DNA of 64,000 bases, from the NCBI GenBank assembly GCA_036172245.1, contig JAYWIR010000014.1, positions 310,001-374,000 on the forward strand, given 5' to 3'. A program made the translations under genes and the position numbers. The notes beneath the pieces were generated by a model, which searched no databases, was not told the origin of the DNA, and was given only the letters and a program-made list of their open reading frames with translations. Positions 24,601 through 38,519 of this stretch are shown here, piece by piece (position 1 is the first letter of the stretch; each line of letters begins with the position of its first letter). The DNA comes from Raillietiella orientalis. Taxonomy: Eukaryota.

Positions 24601-26799
24601 CAGTCCGTTACTAAACGAAAATTTATGATCGCTTTTGCTGCTCCAGAGTGATGGGAAAGTGATAACTGTGAGAAAGCGTCGTATAAGGATTTAGGCATGT
24701 CCTCATACGACGACTTTCCTTTTTGAGCACTACAAGAATCAGGACACATGAAGGGAGAAAAATACAGAGAATTAGCATTCAGTTTTGCTGACATAGGAGT
24801 ACCAGGATCATAGGAAGAGGTTGTCGAGGGATCACGGATCCGGAAAACGACGATGTCTCAAGAGAAAGAAATGATCTCGAAGCTATGGGTGGAGCCCATT
24901 AGGAGCTAAATAGTGTGTTTCAACACACACCACTCCAGGGAAACCTACCGGAGGCACAGGAAGAGCCGTCAGCCGAGATGAAGAACTACTCACAGCTTCT
25001 AGTGGAGAATAAATATGGAGAGGAGAGACATGAGGTGAGATGAGTCTTCAAGGAACGAACATACCTGGTATTGGTAACAGCATCTAGCACACCATCTGCG
25101 AGACTCCAGAAGAATAATTCGTTCAAGCAGAGAGTATTATGACGTATTCAATTATTATGATGACTTTTCTCTTTTCAGAATGAGATCAGGTCGCGTAAGA
25201 GCTACTAGAAAGAAAACTGAAACCTTTCTCACTGATGGATAAAATGTTCTTTATAACATCCTTCTATAGCATTCTTCCAAGAGACCTGTTCTATGCTACT
25301 TGGCAAACAGGTCAAAACTAAAGACTTGCTCGCACTCCTCTAATCCCTGAAGCTTGAAAAGTGATTTTGAGCTGCCATCGTCACTATTGATCTTTCTGCT
25401 GCATATTTCCTGAATCTGAAGACAAAAGCTATAGCCTGATTTTGAAACTCCAGCACTGTTGAAGGTCCAAAGAAATTCGCTCTTTTCCGTTCTTGCATCC
25501 CGAAAAATGATTAGAAATGTGAAAATCTTACATTCAGTGCAAATCTAAGAAGATTCAGTAGCAAATGATGCGATTAAACTAAGCGTTATCTGTTAACGTC
25601 TCATTCTCTGTGAGTAATTTCTTGTACTTGTCTCATTTTAAAGTGCTCACTGAAACATTTCTCAATTGTTTGGCTGAGATGAACAGCAATGGGATAGCAC
25701 CGACTCTTTGAGACAAATCTCCATTCCTTGAAAGAGGACGAATTCATGATGTCATTAGTTTAGGAATGTCTTCGTGAGAGTCGTTTGCAGATGTCGTTTT
25801 TAATTCCTCCGCTTCCTCAACTACCCAAACTTTTCTTCAGAGCTGCTTTGGGAGCCACTGGAATTCTGACTTACAAACACAAACACACAAGTCACTCGCA
25901 AAACAACTGCAATTAAAACATGTCAGGCGTATCTGAGCGGCATGACTGTGGGCCCAACCTGGATGAGATTTAGGATTTAAGGATTGAAGCCGAAATGGGA
26001 ATTTGGATGAATTCCATGGGCGCAGTCTCAGCATAATAAGGAGAAAAGACATCGACACTCTGATGTAACCCTTGAAAAAGATCACTGAATATTGAAATGT
26101 AAGCGGTTGACTGCTTGTCTCTCGACATAAAGGGATTCGATTTAAGCTTCTGATCTCCAAAAGTGGAAAGCAACATCAATCGTTACGGACTGGAAGCTTC
26201 AGACGAAGTACTTGGAAACTTTTGCTTGAAGTTCACGAGATGCTGGAGTGGGAATGGAATGAAAGGCAGAAATTCCGTCATCTAGCTTTTGAGATTCGCA
26301 AGAGTGCACTTCCTCATCACCCTGAAACTTTACAAATTGTACATTCTTTGAACCGACCACAGTGGATACTTGTGCCCTCAAGTTTTCAGGACTTCGTTTC
26401 ACGGCAGTAATGCTCTTTGAAAAACCTCTTGGCGATTCTCCGAGGCTTGGGACTTTCATATTCTTCCTTTGAAGGTATCTTTACGCGTGGCATCTGCTCA
26501 TTCCTAGGTAGCTGGAAGCCTTCATTCAACATGGCCATGCTTGCTTTGGTTCTTCCTGTGCACTCGAGGAAAATTTGCACCAGCAGCGTATGGTTTAGCA
26601 AAGCTTTTCGCCAAATAGCATCCTTTAGCGAATCTAAAAGCTGGATGCTTTGTATATGTTGCAGTCCATTATGTTCAGTCGCAAGCAAATATCTGCTTTG
26701 CAAAGAGCTTCGCAAAGACCCCGATCTTCAGCTCATTGTATTCTCCAGTTTCGCGTTGTATGAATCTCGTGAATCACTGTATGTTCGAAGATGAATTCT

Positions 26800-29700
26800 G
26801 GAGATGGGGTGCCGCTGTCGGGAGATGCTGGAGATCTGGAAGTCACACGTCCACCCTCATGGGAGCGGGTTGGTCGTCCAGAGATGAAAAGCCCCGCGAT
26901 TGTCGTCGAAAACTTCGAGTTCAACCACCCTGCAAGAAGAAAGCTGTTATCGAGAGTCTACACCATGCAGAGAAACATGGCATCCTCTCGTGGGAACATA
27001 TCTTGGCTGAAGGAAAGTCAAGCCACTTCTTAAGGTTGCGCAGGGCATCAAGTCACTTATCTTTTGCCGGAGAATGTCTGACGTTTTCGGACTTCAAGTT
27101 CACCATTCTGCTAACCTTCAATCTTTCTTCTTTTCTCAGTTACCTCGTTCTCAGTTCTTAGTCGAACTTTTCGCCCATTCAGAGTTCGAGAGTAGATCGA
27201 AGTCAATTCGACCCCAAGGACTCTGGTCATCGCCATACAGGACGATATTCTCCTTTCCTTTCTCTTCGGACGAGAGCCAGGTATCCTAAGGTGGTGATGG
27301 AGGTGGTGGTAGAGGGGATTGACGGTTCTGCTGATGATGACGAGACGTTTCCTCCGCCGCTGACGACGGCGAAGATAAAGAGGATCCGGGTACCCGATGC
27401 TTCGATTCGTCTCTGGTCCCTACCCCAGCTCACGGCAGCGTCACTGCAGACCTCCAGCAGTTTCCTCACCCTTCATCCTGGCGAGTCGTGGTTCACTATC
27501 GGTGGAAAATCTGCCAGACTTCGGCTTCCCTTGGCATCCCTGGTTGCAGCAAGTACATAGTGAGCTCCACTCGTCTCCAGCGGGAGACGTCTCCGGGAAG
27601 GCTCTGCGTTTTGGGCGAAGGAAGAGGTGACTCCTCGGGCAGGAGGTTGCAACCAGGAGGAGAACGAAAGGCTCTTTGAGATGTCAGCTCACGCCATCTC
27701 ATCTTACATCGTTCTTAGTGGTGAAGAGCGAAATCAGAAATAACGATTTCGCAGACGCGACCGGGAACGCGACAGGGCCCTGCCTCATATCTCGAGTCAT
27801 CACGAGCGGCATTCTTGATTGTATACCACGAGTTCTGATGCCCTTGGTGCACGGAATGAGAAAGGCGATGGATGGAGGACCGGAAGTAGTTCTCGTAAAT
27901 CGGACCACCAGGGGTCTGCATCTGTCTCCCCACCCAAGTCTTCCGCATGAACAACAAAGATACTTCTAGAACACTTAGGCAACAGTCACAGCGCTCAAGA
28001 GCAGCAGAAGAAGAGCGTAGGAAGACTGCCGATGCCCTCCCCTTCCCTGGAGTCCCAAATACCCATCCGAGCTCCTTGTATTTGTCTCTGTAAGATCGTA
28101 ATCTCAGAATGATGAAATTTTTTTAGAGCTGAGAATCTCTCGTCGGCATGCTGACACTCATGTAAAAGCTGGTGGTCCGAGGAGCCATGCAGCGTAGCAG
28201 GGACATTTGATATTTGTCCGACTCAGTAGTTGGGTCCTTCCCTTCGTAGAAGACCAACACCTCTGCCAAAGGTGCAGCCGTCAGAGGAGCCAGATCTGCG
28301 GCACTGATCTCTTCAGCCAAAACTCGATGGTTAGAGGAGTCTCCTCTTTTGATCTTTCCTGCGCTATTCGGAAGCTCGCCGTGGCCTCATTCCCTCCAGA
28401 ACAAACCTTTCCCACTTCCAAGAGTAGAAAAGGGACGACGTACGTACCCGGCTCTCCCGAAGGAAGGAAGTGACGAGCGCCGCCTCAGTCCTACCAAGAG
28501 CATCTGGAAACCGCTACTTGTTCTCCGGAATGTGTCCTCGCCTTTCCGGAATGCGACACTCTATCTCCGCTCCCTGCGTCTTTCCTGAAGAAAGCGCTAC
28601 CATTCGGGTTTCAGCTTCGAAGGCGTATCTGGGAACTGGGAGCCTTTCAAATCCTCAAACCCTGAACTCTACTCCGGGAGGAAACCGGGGAAATAAGTTG
28701 GAGCTCCGAAGGCAGCTATGTGCTGCGCCCGTTTTCCGATAAAGTCAAATTCCTAAAGAAGGAGCCTCAGGAAGAGAGGAATTTCCCTTCCGTTCCCCCA
28801 AGAGACCATCAAGGTGCTCCCTTTGTACTACGAGTCTGACAGCAAGTCTCTTCCATAGAAAGCACATCCTAAGGAATCCTGGGATTGAGGAAGAGGGAAG
28901 GCGAGCTATATAGCACTCAGTAGCATATCCGGTAAAGGATTTCCACCGCAGGTGCTGCAGGAGTGGGAGCTCCCTAACGGATGCCGAGACCGTTCCTTCT
29001 CTGTCTGCAAAAGATCCACTTTCTGGGTCCATTCAGGGAGATCCGGGATCGGCAACGTCGAGAGCGCGTCCGTCCACCCGGCACTGCAGAGGCATGGCCA
29101 CTATGCGCTCATGAGGAAATCGGAGAACTCCTTCCACCTAAGGATCCTCTGCACCCAGAGCCTCATTGAGATGGCTTTGAGGTCATTGGGACTACTAAGA
29201 GCCGCCCCCACTACATTATTCAATGTACCTCATGAAACCAAAATGAAAGTGAGCATAGTGTATTTTAACAATGCAGTCCACCGGGTGGAAAAGGCACCCG
29301 ATAATCCGCAAATCACTGTGATGACCATTATCCAGTCGACCTCCGGATCAGCTCTTCTAGCTTCACAACTTGGAGAGAGCCTCAAGTAGTTGTCAAACAA
29401 ATTTCCGTCAGCTGAACCACTTCGCATTCGTCGTCGCCGGAACAATGGAGTCGCCGTCTTTTGCAAATGGAGGTTCCAGGCATGGGCTGAGTGGGATCGC
29501 TGCCACCGACTCAGATACTTTTGGGTAAAATCAGCGGGAACTTCGTTCGCTCAACGTGACTCCTGAAGAGAATCCCTCCCTCCTCATTGCATGTGTTTGG
29601 ACTTGGAGGCGTCGAGCATTTTTCACTTGCTCCAGTTTCCATGCACAGGATGAAACAATGTGTCCGTCATTCTCGGCGACGATGAGCCATGATCTGAAAC
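26800..29700 (-). mobile_element. Decayed tyrosine-recombinase retroelement, copy 1 (YR, then RT, then RNase H remnants)
   Basis: Minus strand 5'->3': YR C-terminal-like LQHLRWKSFTGYATECYI (~28960-28907); RT-like KGIR/LVVY across frameshifts (~27850-27820); RNase H-like VCSDAAVSWG (27451-27423); QPRYVPT (~27010). Many stops and frameshifts. Confidence 0.5.
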
Positions 29701-29704
29701 TTCT

Positions 29705-30321
29705 CTGGAGGAGTGTCTTCTCTCCGCTGAGTTCGCAAACTGCTGAGGAACCGTCCGCCTCCTTAGGTGGGGTTCACGAAGCTCTTTGACGCTGTCCAAG
29801 CCACCTGAGAGTGAGGGTAACTCTTCGAGTTATAGAGGATACTCCGGGAGAAGAGCATCCTATGAATCTAGGAAAGTTACGGGGAAGAAGTCCGTTCTTC
29901 CTACACTTGGGAGGGAATCCCTGAGAGAACCCTCTCCCTGGCTATCGCCGAAGGGTACCATGAAGGGAACCTCTTCCTTGTTTTCTGTTGAAGAACCCTC
30001 GGAGAGGAAAAGCGCTCATTTCTTCGCCGAAAAGAACCCCGCAAGGGAACGACTCTTGAGCGTGTCCCTTCGTGTTCTCTGAAGAGAACCACGAAAGGAC
30101 GCTTCCAAATTTCCCTGAAGGGTGCTTCCCGAAAGGAGCATCGAGCTTCTTGACACTCTGGAGAGCTATTAATCCATCAGCTCCATGGTACGAGATGGAC
30201 GGCTCCATTTCCAGAACCGAAGGGGAATCCCAAAGGTGACTGACTCCCTGATTCCTGGAATGACCCCGGAGAGTCAGCTTCCAATCCCGACTAGTCAACT
30301 GGGACATCGGTTTCCACCAGT
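29705..30321 (-). mobile_element. Family A repeat copy 2, body (3' part, split by LINE insertion)
   Basis: Aligns with ~1255-1690 and with the reverse complement of ~39660-40250. Homology stops at ACCAGT (30316-30321). Confidence 0.8.
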
Positions 30322-32186
30322 ACCGGTGCGACGCGGTATATGGCAGGGTGACAGTCTGAGCCCCCTGCTCTTTAGCACCTATTTCGGATTGGTGCTGAGA
30401 GTATACAGGGGGACTCTGGCTCTCCATCCGCGCGTATGTCCCGGCACGCCTGCCGTCTCAGCGTGCGAGAACGGTCTTCTGCTGCTGCTTCCCATGTCCA
30501 CCCCAGCACGAACACTCGGAGGTTTCTTCAAGCGGCTCAGTCGTGGGACGTGCCTGTTGGTGAACAAGGTGAAGTCGTCGGTGGTTTCTGTTGATGCTGC
30601 ATGGTCAGGGCGGCCAGACTGGATCCGCCTGCGGAACTCTACGGTGCGGTGCTTAAAGTACTTGGGCATTCTGTTGGGGGACTTCTGCTCCTTAGAAGCC
30701 TGGTGCGGACGTCTTCAGGAAGCACTGCAGGCGCCCGGCCCGTTCCAAAGAGGCAGTTTTTACCTTCCGGAGCGGACCGCGGTGTGAAACACGTTTGTGG
30801 CTCCCTCCTCTGCCCCTTACTTTTTGTCTGTCCACCGCTATGCAGCATTAGAAAGTGGACAAAGGACCTCCTATGGATCTCCCTCTCGTGCAAAGAGAGA
30901 CCCTGAGTCTGCCTAAAGGACTTGTGTGCTACGCGCCGGGATGGAGGCCTAGGCCTTTTGACGCTAGAGGGAATGGAACTGCATTTCCAGTTTCGAATAC
31001 TGGCCCTCATGGAAAAATTCTGGAGCACCAGCTGGTGCTAACCTGCACGTCTTCTCATCCAGCAAGCCACCGGTAGCGTGGGACTCGCGTCCTCCCTTGA
31101 GCACCGTCCATGCAGTCTAATCCACGGCGGACTGTCCCTGCGGCAGGTGGCCACACTGGCAAGGAAAAACGGATGGATTTCGTGCCGCCTCGTGAACGGT
31201 AGTGCCTGGTTTCAGGAAACCGTGTGCATGTGGGCGAGGATCCAGGAGCCAAGCGCGGAACTGGTGCGACGTTTCCTGTAGGCGCGTAACAACAACTGCA
31301 CGCTCCGGGAGATCCTGGAAGATCCCGCGAAGAGTGCATGAAGGAGAAAAGGACTGGGCGAGCCGAATGACGGTCCAGCCCACTGACGCTGCGACCCCGA
31401 GTGCTCGACCTCGTAGACTTTTGCGCTGGGGCGTGCTACTGGATATTCTAGAAGAAGACCTGCAGTGGCCCCCGGTGATCATGAGCACCCGCACTTTCCC
31501 CTTAAAGTGGCAAGAGTCAGCACTGATGTTGCTGCACTGGGGTCTCCTGTGCAATGCACACCGGCATCTGTATACATGGGTGTGTGTGAACCCAAACTAT
31601 GCAAGATGCGGGGAGCAGGAATCCTTCCCGCACCTCCTAGTGAACTGTGTTGCCCTCTGGCCCCTTTGAGGACGCTTGGCCACGACCCTTGGAACCCACG
31701 GCGGCAACTCCCAAGACGTTCTAAAGCACATCTTCCTGTGCGACGCCCTCACGCCAACCGCATCCCTAGCAACACTATGCTGCCAACGCGGGATCGTGGC
31801 CGTATAGAGCAACGCCAGAGGAGGCCAGAGCGATAGGAAGACCATCTATTTTGCCGTCCTCTTTATGAGGACAGCGTCAAGATGATCCCATCTGGGAACC
31901 ATAAAACAGGAACTTGCTGACTTCCTTACAAGGATGCTGAGGACGCCCTCCAACACAGTGATTCCCTTCACGAATGCCCCCTCCCCCATTTTTTGACTGC
32001 ATTTCTTTTTTGTTTTCTCTTCCTGTTTGTCTCCCCTTCCCCCGTGCTGTCGAGGCGAACCCTACTGGCCTGTGTGCTAGATCTCGGCAGGTTCCTTTTC
32101 GTATCCATAAGTAACGTGGAAGGATCAAACGTCCTGCCACAGATATTTAGGTTTAGAAATAAACGCCCCAGTGTGACCGGTTGTCA
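30322..32186 (+). mobile_element. 5'-truncated, decayed relative of the 13853-16029 LINE
   Basis: VPVRRGIWQGDSLSPLLF, DWIRL, LPERTAV*NTFVAP, DAATP..LLRW, ARCGEQESFPHLLVNC align to the 665-aa ORF. YADD is destroyed (ACENG); frameshifts and stops present. Same terminus ATAAACGCCCC...CAA. Putative TSD ACCAGT (30316-30321 / 32187-32192). Confidence 0.9.
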
Positions 32187-32355
32187 ACCAGTTCCGTACC
32201 CGAAGTCGGTAGGCCAACTAGCGTGAAGTCATGCAAGGGAAATTCCAACCACGACGCACCCATTTCTCTGGCGTCTATCCTCCGCGTGAGGATTCGAACC
32301 CTAAACGCTTGATGCTATGAGCGGAGGCCGCAGCCGCACATCCGCCAACGCGGGC
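32187..32355 (-). mobile_element. Family A repeat copy 2, tRNA-derived head
   Basis: Minus strand GCCCGCGTTGGCGGATGTGCGG...CTCATAG...GGGTTCGAATCCTCACGCGG: A-box-like, B-box (32289-32301), partial acceptor stem and anticodon-loop-like CTCATAG (32315-32321). Resumes alignment with ~1690-1850. Confidence 0.8.
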
Positions 32356-33593
32356 ATTTTTTAGTTTTATCTTTTTTTTTTTTTCTCCGCTGGGTGGTGT
32401 TTTCAACTCCCCACCTCGCACGCATGCTTACAGCTTTTTTCCGGAACGCAAACTGACTCGGTGAGTAAACAACTCCTGCCTTATGTAAAATCAGCTGTGC
32501 TCAATCCATTGCTAGCGATTTTCTTCTAAGAGGAATTTGATTTTGGTGTTAAACTGAGTTGATGACCTGTTGTGGCCTCTTGATCAAGAAGTGTTTTGGT
32601 CTAAGTGGCCTACTAGTTTCATGGATTGAAGCAGTGCTTTAACTCTGGCAGAAGTCAATGGTTTTGCCGCTGCTCCGCTTGTGATTCAATATGGACTCCA
32701 TTGCACTGAGCATTTTCGTGTATCTCGTCCCTATTGCCGTCTCTTCTACTGAAGACGGGTATGTGTGTCACAAGCGGTGAATATGGGGCAGACTGGCGGC
32801 TGGACGTGGTATCCTAGCTCCTTCTGGCCACTAATTGGAAGCAAGGATTAGATTAGTATCCACTCTCTCATCTCTTCGTCTTCGCGTGCGGCATCCTTCT
32901 TAGAGGAAATCTTTAAACAAGTGATGTGAAGCCTTTGGATGATATGCTAAAGATAATGCAATCACGAGAATCTGTTTCTTGATGATACGAAAACTCCACG
33001 TGAGATTAATCATTATCAAATCATATAATTAGGACGAATAACGGAAAAGTTCCCTTCCATTAAGGAATTAATCAAATCATTCACGTGCGCACACGTGAGT
33101 AATTCCTTCTCGTCTCTTAAGCCTAACGCAAGAATAATTCTCTGCTGCAGAAAACAGTAGACATACATTTTAGAACTGGATGCACATTTCTCCATAGAGT
33201 TCATGGGCCAGATTCCCGGACCCCATAAGCACTGTACGAAAATCCAGTTGTCTGGCATTAACAGGGGGATGGATGCTTGCGTTTTCACAGTGCTTGCATT
33301 TCGTGTCTTGCATATTCCTCATTTTGCATCTGGTTTTGATCAATGACTTTCCTCTTTCCTCTAATCTAAGGAAAAGTGGAAGCTATTTATTGTATTATCT
33401 GCTGCTGGAGCCACCCTGCTCTCAGGATCCACGAGGCACTTCGGGAATGCTGGCGGTGATACACGTTGATATCAAGGATTCCAAATGATTCCTGAAGAGG
33501 TCTTGTAAATTTTCCATGCAGAGTTTCAATGACATTGAAATTGCACACATTGTTTCGAAATGCTGCCTGCAAAGCTCTATTTAATTGAATCAC

Positions 33594-36100
33594 GTAGGAA
33601 AATGCATCATTACTTTAGGAGAAGTCCTTGTACAACTCTTTATGGAAATGTTCATATAGGTGAAACATGACATGAGAAAGAGGAATTGTTTTGTTGCTTG
33701 TTACAGCATCCACGACTCATGACTATCTTGCTAAAGGAATCCTAAATATGTCTTGTGTTTACGTGTACACATCATGGTCTCATGTGGGTTTTAGGTGAAC
33801 TGATCTTATTGGGTCAGTGTGAATCATGTATTAACATACGCGTACCATAATTTGCGACAGATACTTGTCTACCTCCTGTAGCTAAAGGCTTATTTAAACA
33901 AGCCCCCAGAATTTTCAATTGCGCTATTTCATATTTTGTACGTTTCCATTTGCAGGTCAGTTCAGCGCACTTTGAAATTTCTTTAATGAGATTCTTGAAA
34001 GCTCATAGAGGTTTCCCCAGCTGAGGAATTAGAATGAGAAGAAAGTTATAGATCACTTTGAGAGCAGAGCTACAAGGAAGCTGCAAACTGACAAATGTGA
34101 GTGAGTAATTAAGTATTAGGAACGAGAACTATTTGGGAGTTTCGAAAGTTCGTTCCCGTATGACTGCTGGTCAATTAGATGGAGTGGTGAGTTAGATAAA
34201 CATGCAAATTGCCTAAGGTTGAAATTAACTTATTTTTGAGTGTTACTGTAGTTAAAGTGTGCATACTGAACTTCTACATGAAATTCACTGGTTCTGAAAT
34301 CAAACAAGCAAAACAACAGATTGACTTCAATATAGAAACATTGGTGATTTTTAATCATTCAAAAGATTTTATTTGCTCCGCAGATCCATGATTTCTCCAG
34401 AGAGTAGATGAATTATGCAAACAAAAACCCAGGTTCTCAGTATCTTCACCAAAATGTATTTTTTGCTCTTATGATTATTCATCTGTCTAGAAGGTTGAAT
34501 TTCTGAATAATCCTGCTACAATGTAAGCAAAGTGCAGCTGTAATAGATGCTCCGTTTCATCCGAAACATCGAAGAACTGCGTGGCAAAATGTCATGCACG
34601 GTACATGATTAATTTGGAAGATGAAAGAATCCAAGAGACAATTTCCCCTTTTTTCACTGTTGCAGATAGTCATAACGATACTTGATAAATAAGAAATGGC
34701 ATTGCTAATAATTCGTAAAGGGTGCAAAACCTGTATTGGCAGAAGGTAGAGACCAGTACTTCCAATACCAATTGATCGCATTTGAGATACTTGCAAGGGG
34801 AGCAGTTAGAATGATGAATCAGGAAACTCACTGCTCTAAATGAAACAGGGAAGAATTCCGTTCCAAGAGGGAATTTATGAGACTCAGGATTACATCCGAG
34901 TAATGAAAATTGTCCCTCATTTGAATTCTTGGGAACACGTGAAACTCTGCATAAACATTCGGGAATCCGACAAAATGGAAACAGATTAAAGAGCTTCCGG
35001 TGGTTCTCATGTAGGGAGTTTTGACGAGTTTTGGAAGTGGGAACAATCAACCTCCTCATCTCGTTTTCTCCTCTTATTCATGCTAGTTCTGCAACCTGAA
35101 ACTAATTAGCTTTCACTTTACAAGATGGGGATACCTTGAGGATTTCTGCTGTGTCCAAGATTGACTAGCCTTTCCGACGACATCGGGTGCAGGATTGACT
35201 GTTGCATTTTCAAGGACAGCTCCTTTCCGACAAAGGGGAATCGTGCAGATTGCTGAAAAGGTGACTAAAAAAAAAATAAAAGACAATGATGGAGCATCTC
35301 ATGAACTCTAACGATGCAATATTAATGGATGGTCTTTGAAAGCCCCTGTAATACTGTCTCTTCAAAAGATGAATGAACGGATCTCCTTCTACTGATAGAG
35401 CTAACAGTTTTCTTTCGACTATTGTGTTTATTCAAACATCCATTGGTGCTCTGACATGAGGATTCTCTGCAAGTAATAACAGGATTCTCACTGAGCTTTG
35501 TGATTAAAGGAAAGTATCGATTCCACTGAATAATCAATCGTCGCTCCATTAGCTACTTGGCATCTTCAAGAAACGGAAAGAAGGATCGAGTCAATACAAT
35601 TTTATTGCATACAAAACTGGAACCCCATTGTAGCATGGAAGGCCCCCGCTGTAATACTTGTTTGGTAAGAGGTTTATTCTCTTCATCTGACAAAAGCTGT
35701 ACCTAAGATGGCAATAGCAAAAATGTGCGGTGAGTTTCCCAATTTATTTTCAATCTAAATGTTTCTCTGAATTCCTTCTAATCGTGTTTCTAATAGCTTG
35801 TAGGGAAGGACACTGAAATAATGGGGGCAGTAATAGAGGTAATATCTGAAATGACCTGTAGTAGAAGCTGGAAGGTAAACAGTGAGACGTGTTTGCGAAG
35901 GTGAGCGATGATTGCTGGAATTTTTTCATTCAAAACAGGATTGGCAACCCTGATGTACTAGTATGGCACACTCCTGGAGTGCCATTATCGATTCATTTTT
36001 CACTTAAATGGCACGCTTATGATGACATATCTGTAGGGTGTACTTTCCGTAACTGATTCCAGATTTATACCATCAATTAGGGAATAATATGCTTTTCATT
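33594..36100 (+). CDS. Probable intron-rich host gene, product unknown, exon structure uncertain
   Basis: Dense run of GT(A/G)...AG segments: 33594-33618, 33660-33706, 33765-33794, 33842-33860 or -33881, 34101-34119, 34158-34178, 34187-34217, 34344-34383, 34456-34490, 34523-34546. More GTAAGA/GTGAGT/GTAATA/GTAAAC donors at 35660-36060. No recognisable domain. Confidence 0.4.
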
Positions 36101-38519
36101 ATGTTCCTAGTAATTCCTTATTTTCTGATTATTTACTGAGATTTTCTATTCTTCTTCGATCACAAATTGCCTGCTAACAAATTTGAAAAAAATGGGCTTC
36201 GTTTTGTCTATGTTTCTTCCATTCTTGACATGCAATTTTATCTGCATTTAATGTTCTAATTACTTTGCACCAGTCATTGCTCCCATTTGGCTGACCTACG
36301 CCACTTATAGGTTCAAATTGTGTCAATATGGGTTCTCATGATTACGTGAATGAGAGAAATTCAGTTTCCCATCAGCAAGCATTCTTCCTGGGCGATTACT
36401 AAGAACTTCTGGACTTCATGGACGATGGAGCTGAATGGCTGTCGTTTGATATGTATGAAAGCAACCAAATGGAAAGGCGCTTCAAGCTACAGCTATTTCA
36501 TCCTGCTCCCATCGAAGTCCTTCCTTTATTTTCAGTTTAATTGGAAATCAATTAGTTCTTCAAGAATCACGCTTTCATGAGCAGCTGCCCGAGATCTCAA
36601 AGAAAGCTGCCTGAGTCCACTTCGCAGTAGACTCTAAGATGGCATCAGGTGCTCGGAGAAATCTTACATTCGAAGATTTGTCTCGAATGATGCAAAACAG
36701 CGCGTTTGAGGATCGTGTAGACGAAGAAAGATTCCCTTTCTCCACGTGGAGAGTCCGCGAGTCTAGGAAAATTGTCTTCAGCTCTTCAGGAATACGAAAA
36801 ACACAAGACAAGGGAACCTGTTTCGAAAACCCATTTCACCTGAGACACACGGTTGCATCAACGAATACTCCTTAATTCTTGTCTGCAGGTTTACGGGCTT
36901 TCTCAGTACTGCTTGAGTCCTTTGATGATTTCTAGTGATGAAAGCAGTTTGCACTTCGCTCCCGTAGATTTCCAAGCATTTCGAAGGGAGTATTCCGGTT
37001 CGATACTGAACGTCATGAGTACAAACCTTCACATTACGAAGAGATCCACATGTTCCGCGATTTTCGAGATAACGAGCCTCACGTCATTTCTTTCTTGAAA
37101 TATCATCCTGCTTAAGGGTGCCTCTCAAACAACCATGTACCATTCAAAAGAGGTTGCCGAGAAAAATCAGCATAACAACATAGCTGATCTTTTGCCTTTA
37201 ACAGTCCTCAAACACTGCTAACAGTTTTCCACCATCTATAAAGAGAAAACTCCTGCAAAGAAAAAAACAAAGTTTACGAATTTATGGAAGATAGGCACAA
37301 AATAGAGGAAAGAAGTAGGGGAAAACATCTCTGTGATAAGTTTATTCTCATGAGTTAATGAACGCATAATGAAAGATTTCATCTGCAATTCCAACGTCAT
37401 CATTCTCGAACTCTGAGAATAGTTCATAGACGACTGTGAGAATGCCCGGATTACTGGGCTTCTATTTCACCTGAAATTAATTTCTAGTAGAAAAGAATTC
37501 TCCGCCATGGGTGCTGCTTAGAAGGCCTTTTTTATTTCATCACTGGTTCCCATTCAAAGTTCTCGTTTCACAGAATAGCTATGCATTTTCGCCAGCTCAC
37601 CCCTTCAAATCTGCCCTACTCACGTGACTTCATTGTATAAAGCATTCTGATCACAAGAACAGCAAAGCAGCCTTGCTGAAGATGGCGTCTTTCCCAACTT
37701 CCTTTGGTTCCTTCTTGAAGGCTTCTCCGGGAACAAGTGCGGGCGTCATGATTTGCATTGTTCTTGTTTCGTAGTGAAGGTTTTTGTCCTGTTCCCTGAT
37801 AAGAAGAGACAATGAGCACCGTGACACCACGCTTTTGCAATTATCTTTTCGGGTCAGGTCTCTTAAGGCATTTTTGGTGTGCTCAGGAGTTGAGTGAATT
37901 CAAATGACCTGACGCTTGGTCTCAGGGTTCCCACTAGCCATGTTTTTTTTTTTATTTCTCAATGAGACATCTTTGTTCGAAAAGACATAAGAGAGGATCG
38001 GCCCTTGGAGATCTTCAGGAAGTTTCAGGTATCCAAGGATATTCCAAAGTCCTCGAATTCAGAGGATTTTTAGATATTTCGAATCAAAGAGTCTTAAGCA
38101 ACCAGAGGTGTCAAAGACCCCTTAAAAGCAACAATGAGGGAAAAATCTTCAGAAACGGATGCCCCTTCTAGGGGATTGATTACGTCATTATAGCAATGAA
38201 CGAGCTTTTCTAGTTCTAATAACTATAGAATGCCAAATATGTGTGTGTGTATGTTTTTTTGATCACTCCTGGAGCCTCTACGACAGCTGCTGGCAATCCT
38301 GTAAGAAAAACCCACGGAGTAGGGGAGAACGGAAGAAAAAGACGATTTTCCATTTCCACGTTCGGATTCTAAAATTGGAACTCTCTCTCTTCGTGGCCTA
38401 GTGGGCTTCGATCACCAGACTCGTGGACCGACTGTAAACAAGGAGGATCCCATTTTTCTCATTTTGCATCAGTCAGGGATCCCTGTGGCTCGTGCGACTG
38501 CTCGAGTCCTGCGTGAAGA

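Noticed and set aside
3660..26800. Long frames that look protein-like when all three stops are read through (e.g. 3660-5240, 12480-12920, 18460-20700, 24800-26800)
   Set aside because: Where I checked, alternative frames and strands looked equally plausible and stop density was near random expectation. Visual plausibility is not evidence.
28560..28830. Additional family A body fragment inside YR element 1
   Set aside because: Only short shared low-complexity words such as ccgggaggaaacc; no collinear alignment by eye.
30785..31885. TGA aligned to Trp of the intact LINE three times (30785, 31667, 31883), suggesting TGA=Trp
   Set aside because: This copy is dead (YADD lost, frameshifts). Another TGA (30904) aligns to Arg, TAA (31039) to Ala, and TAGs (31279, 31805) to Arg and His. 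Neutral transition decay explains the pattern.
32280..32355. Functional tRNA-Met gene (likewise the heads at ~1775-1850 and ~39494-39570)
   Set aside because: Anticodon and D stems pair poorly, the loops differ among copies, and each runs into the same repeat body with no oligo-T terminator.
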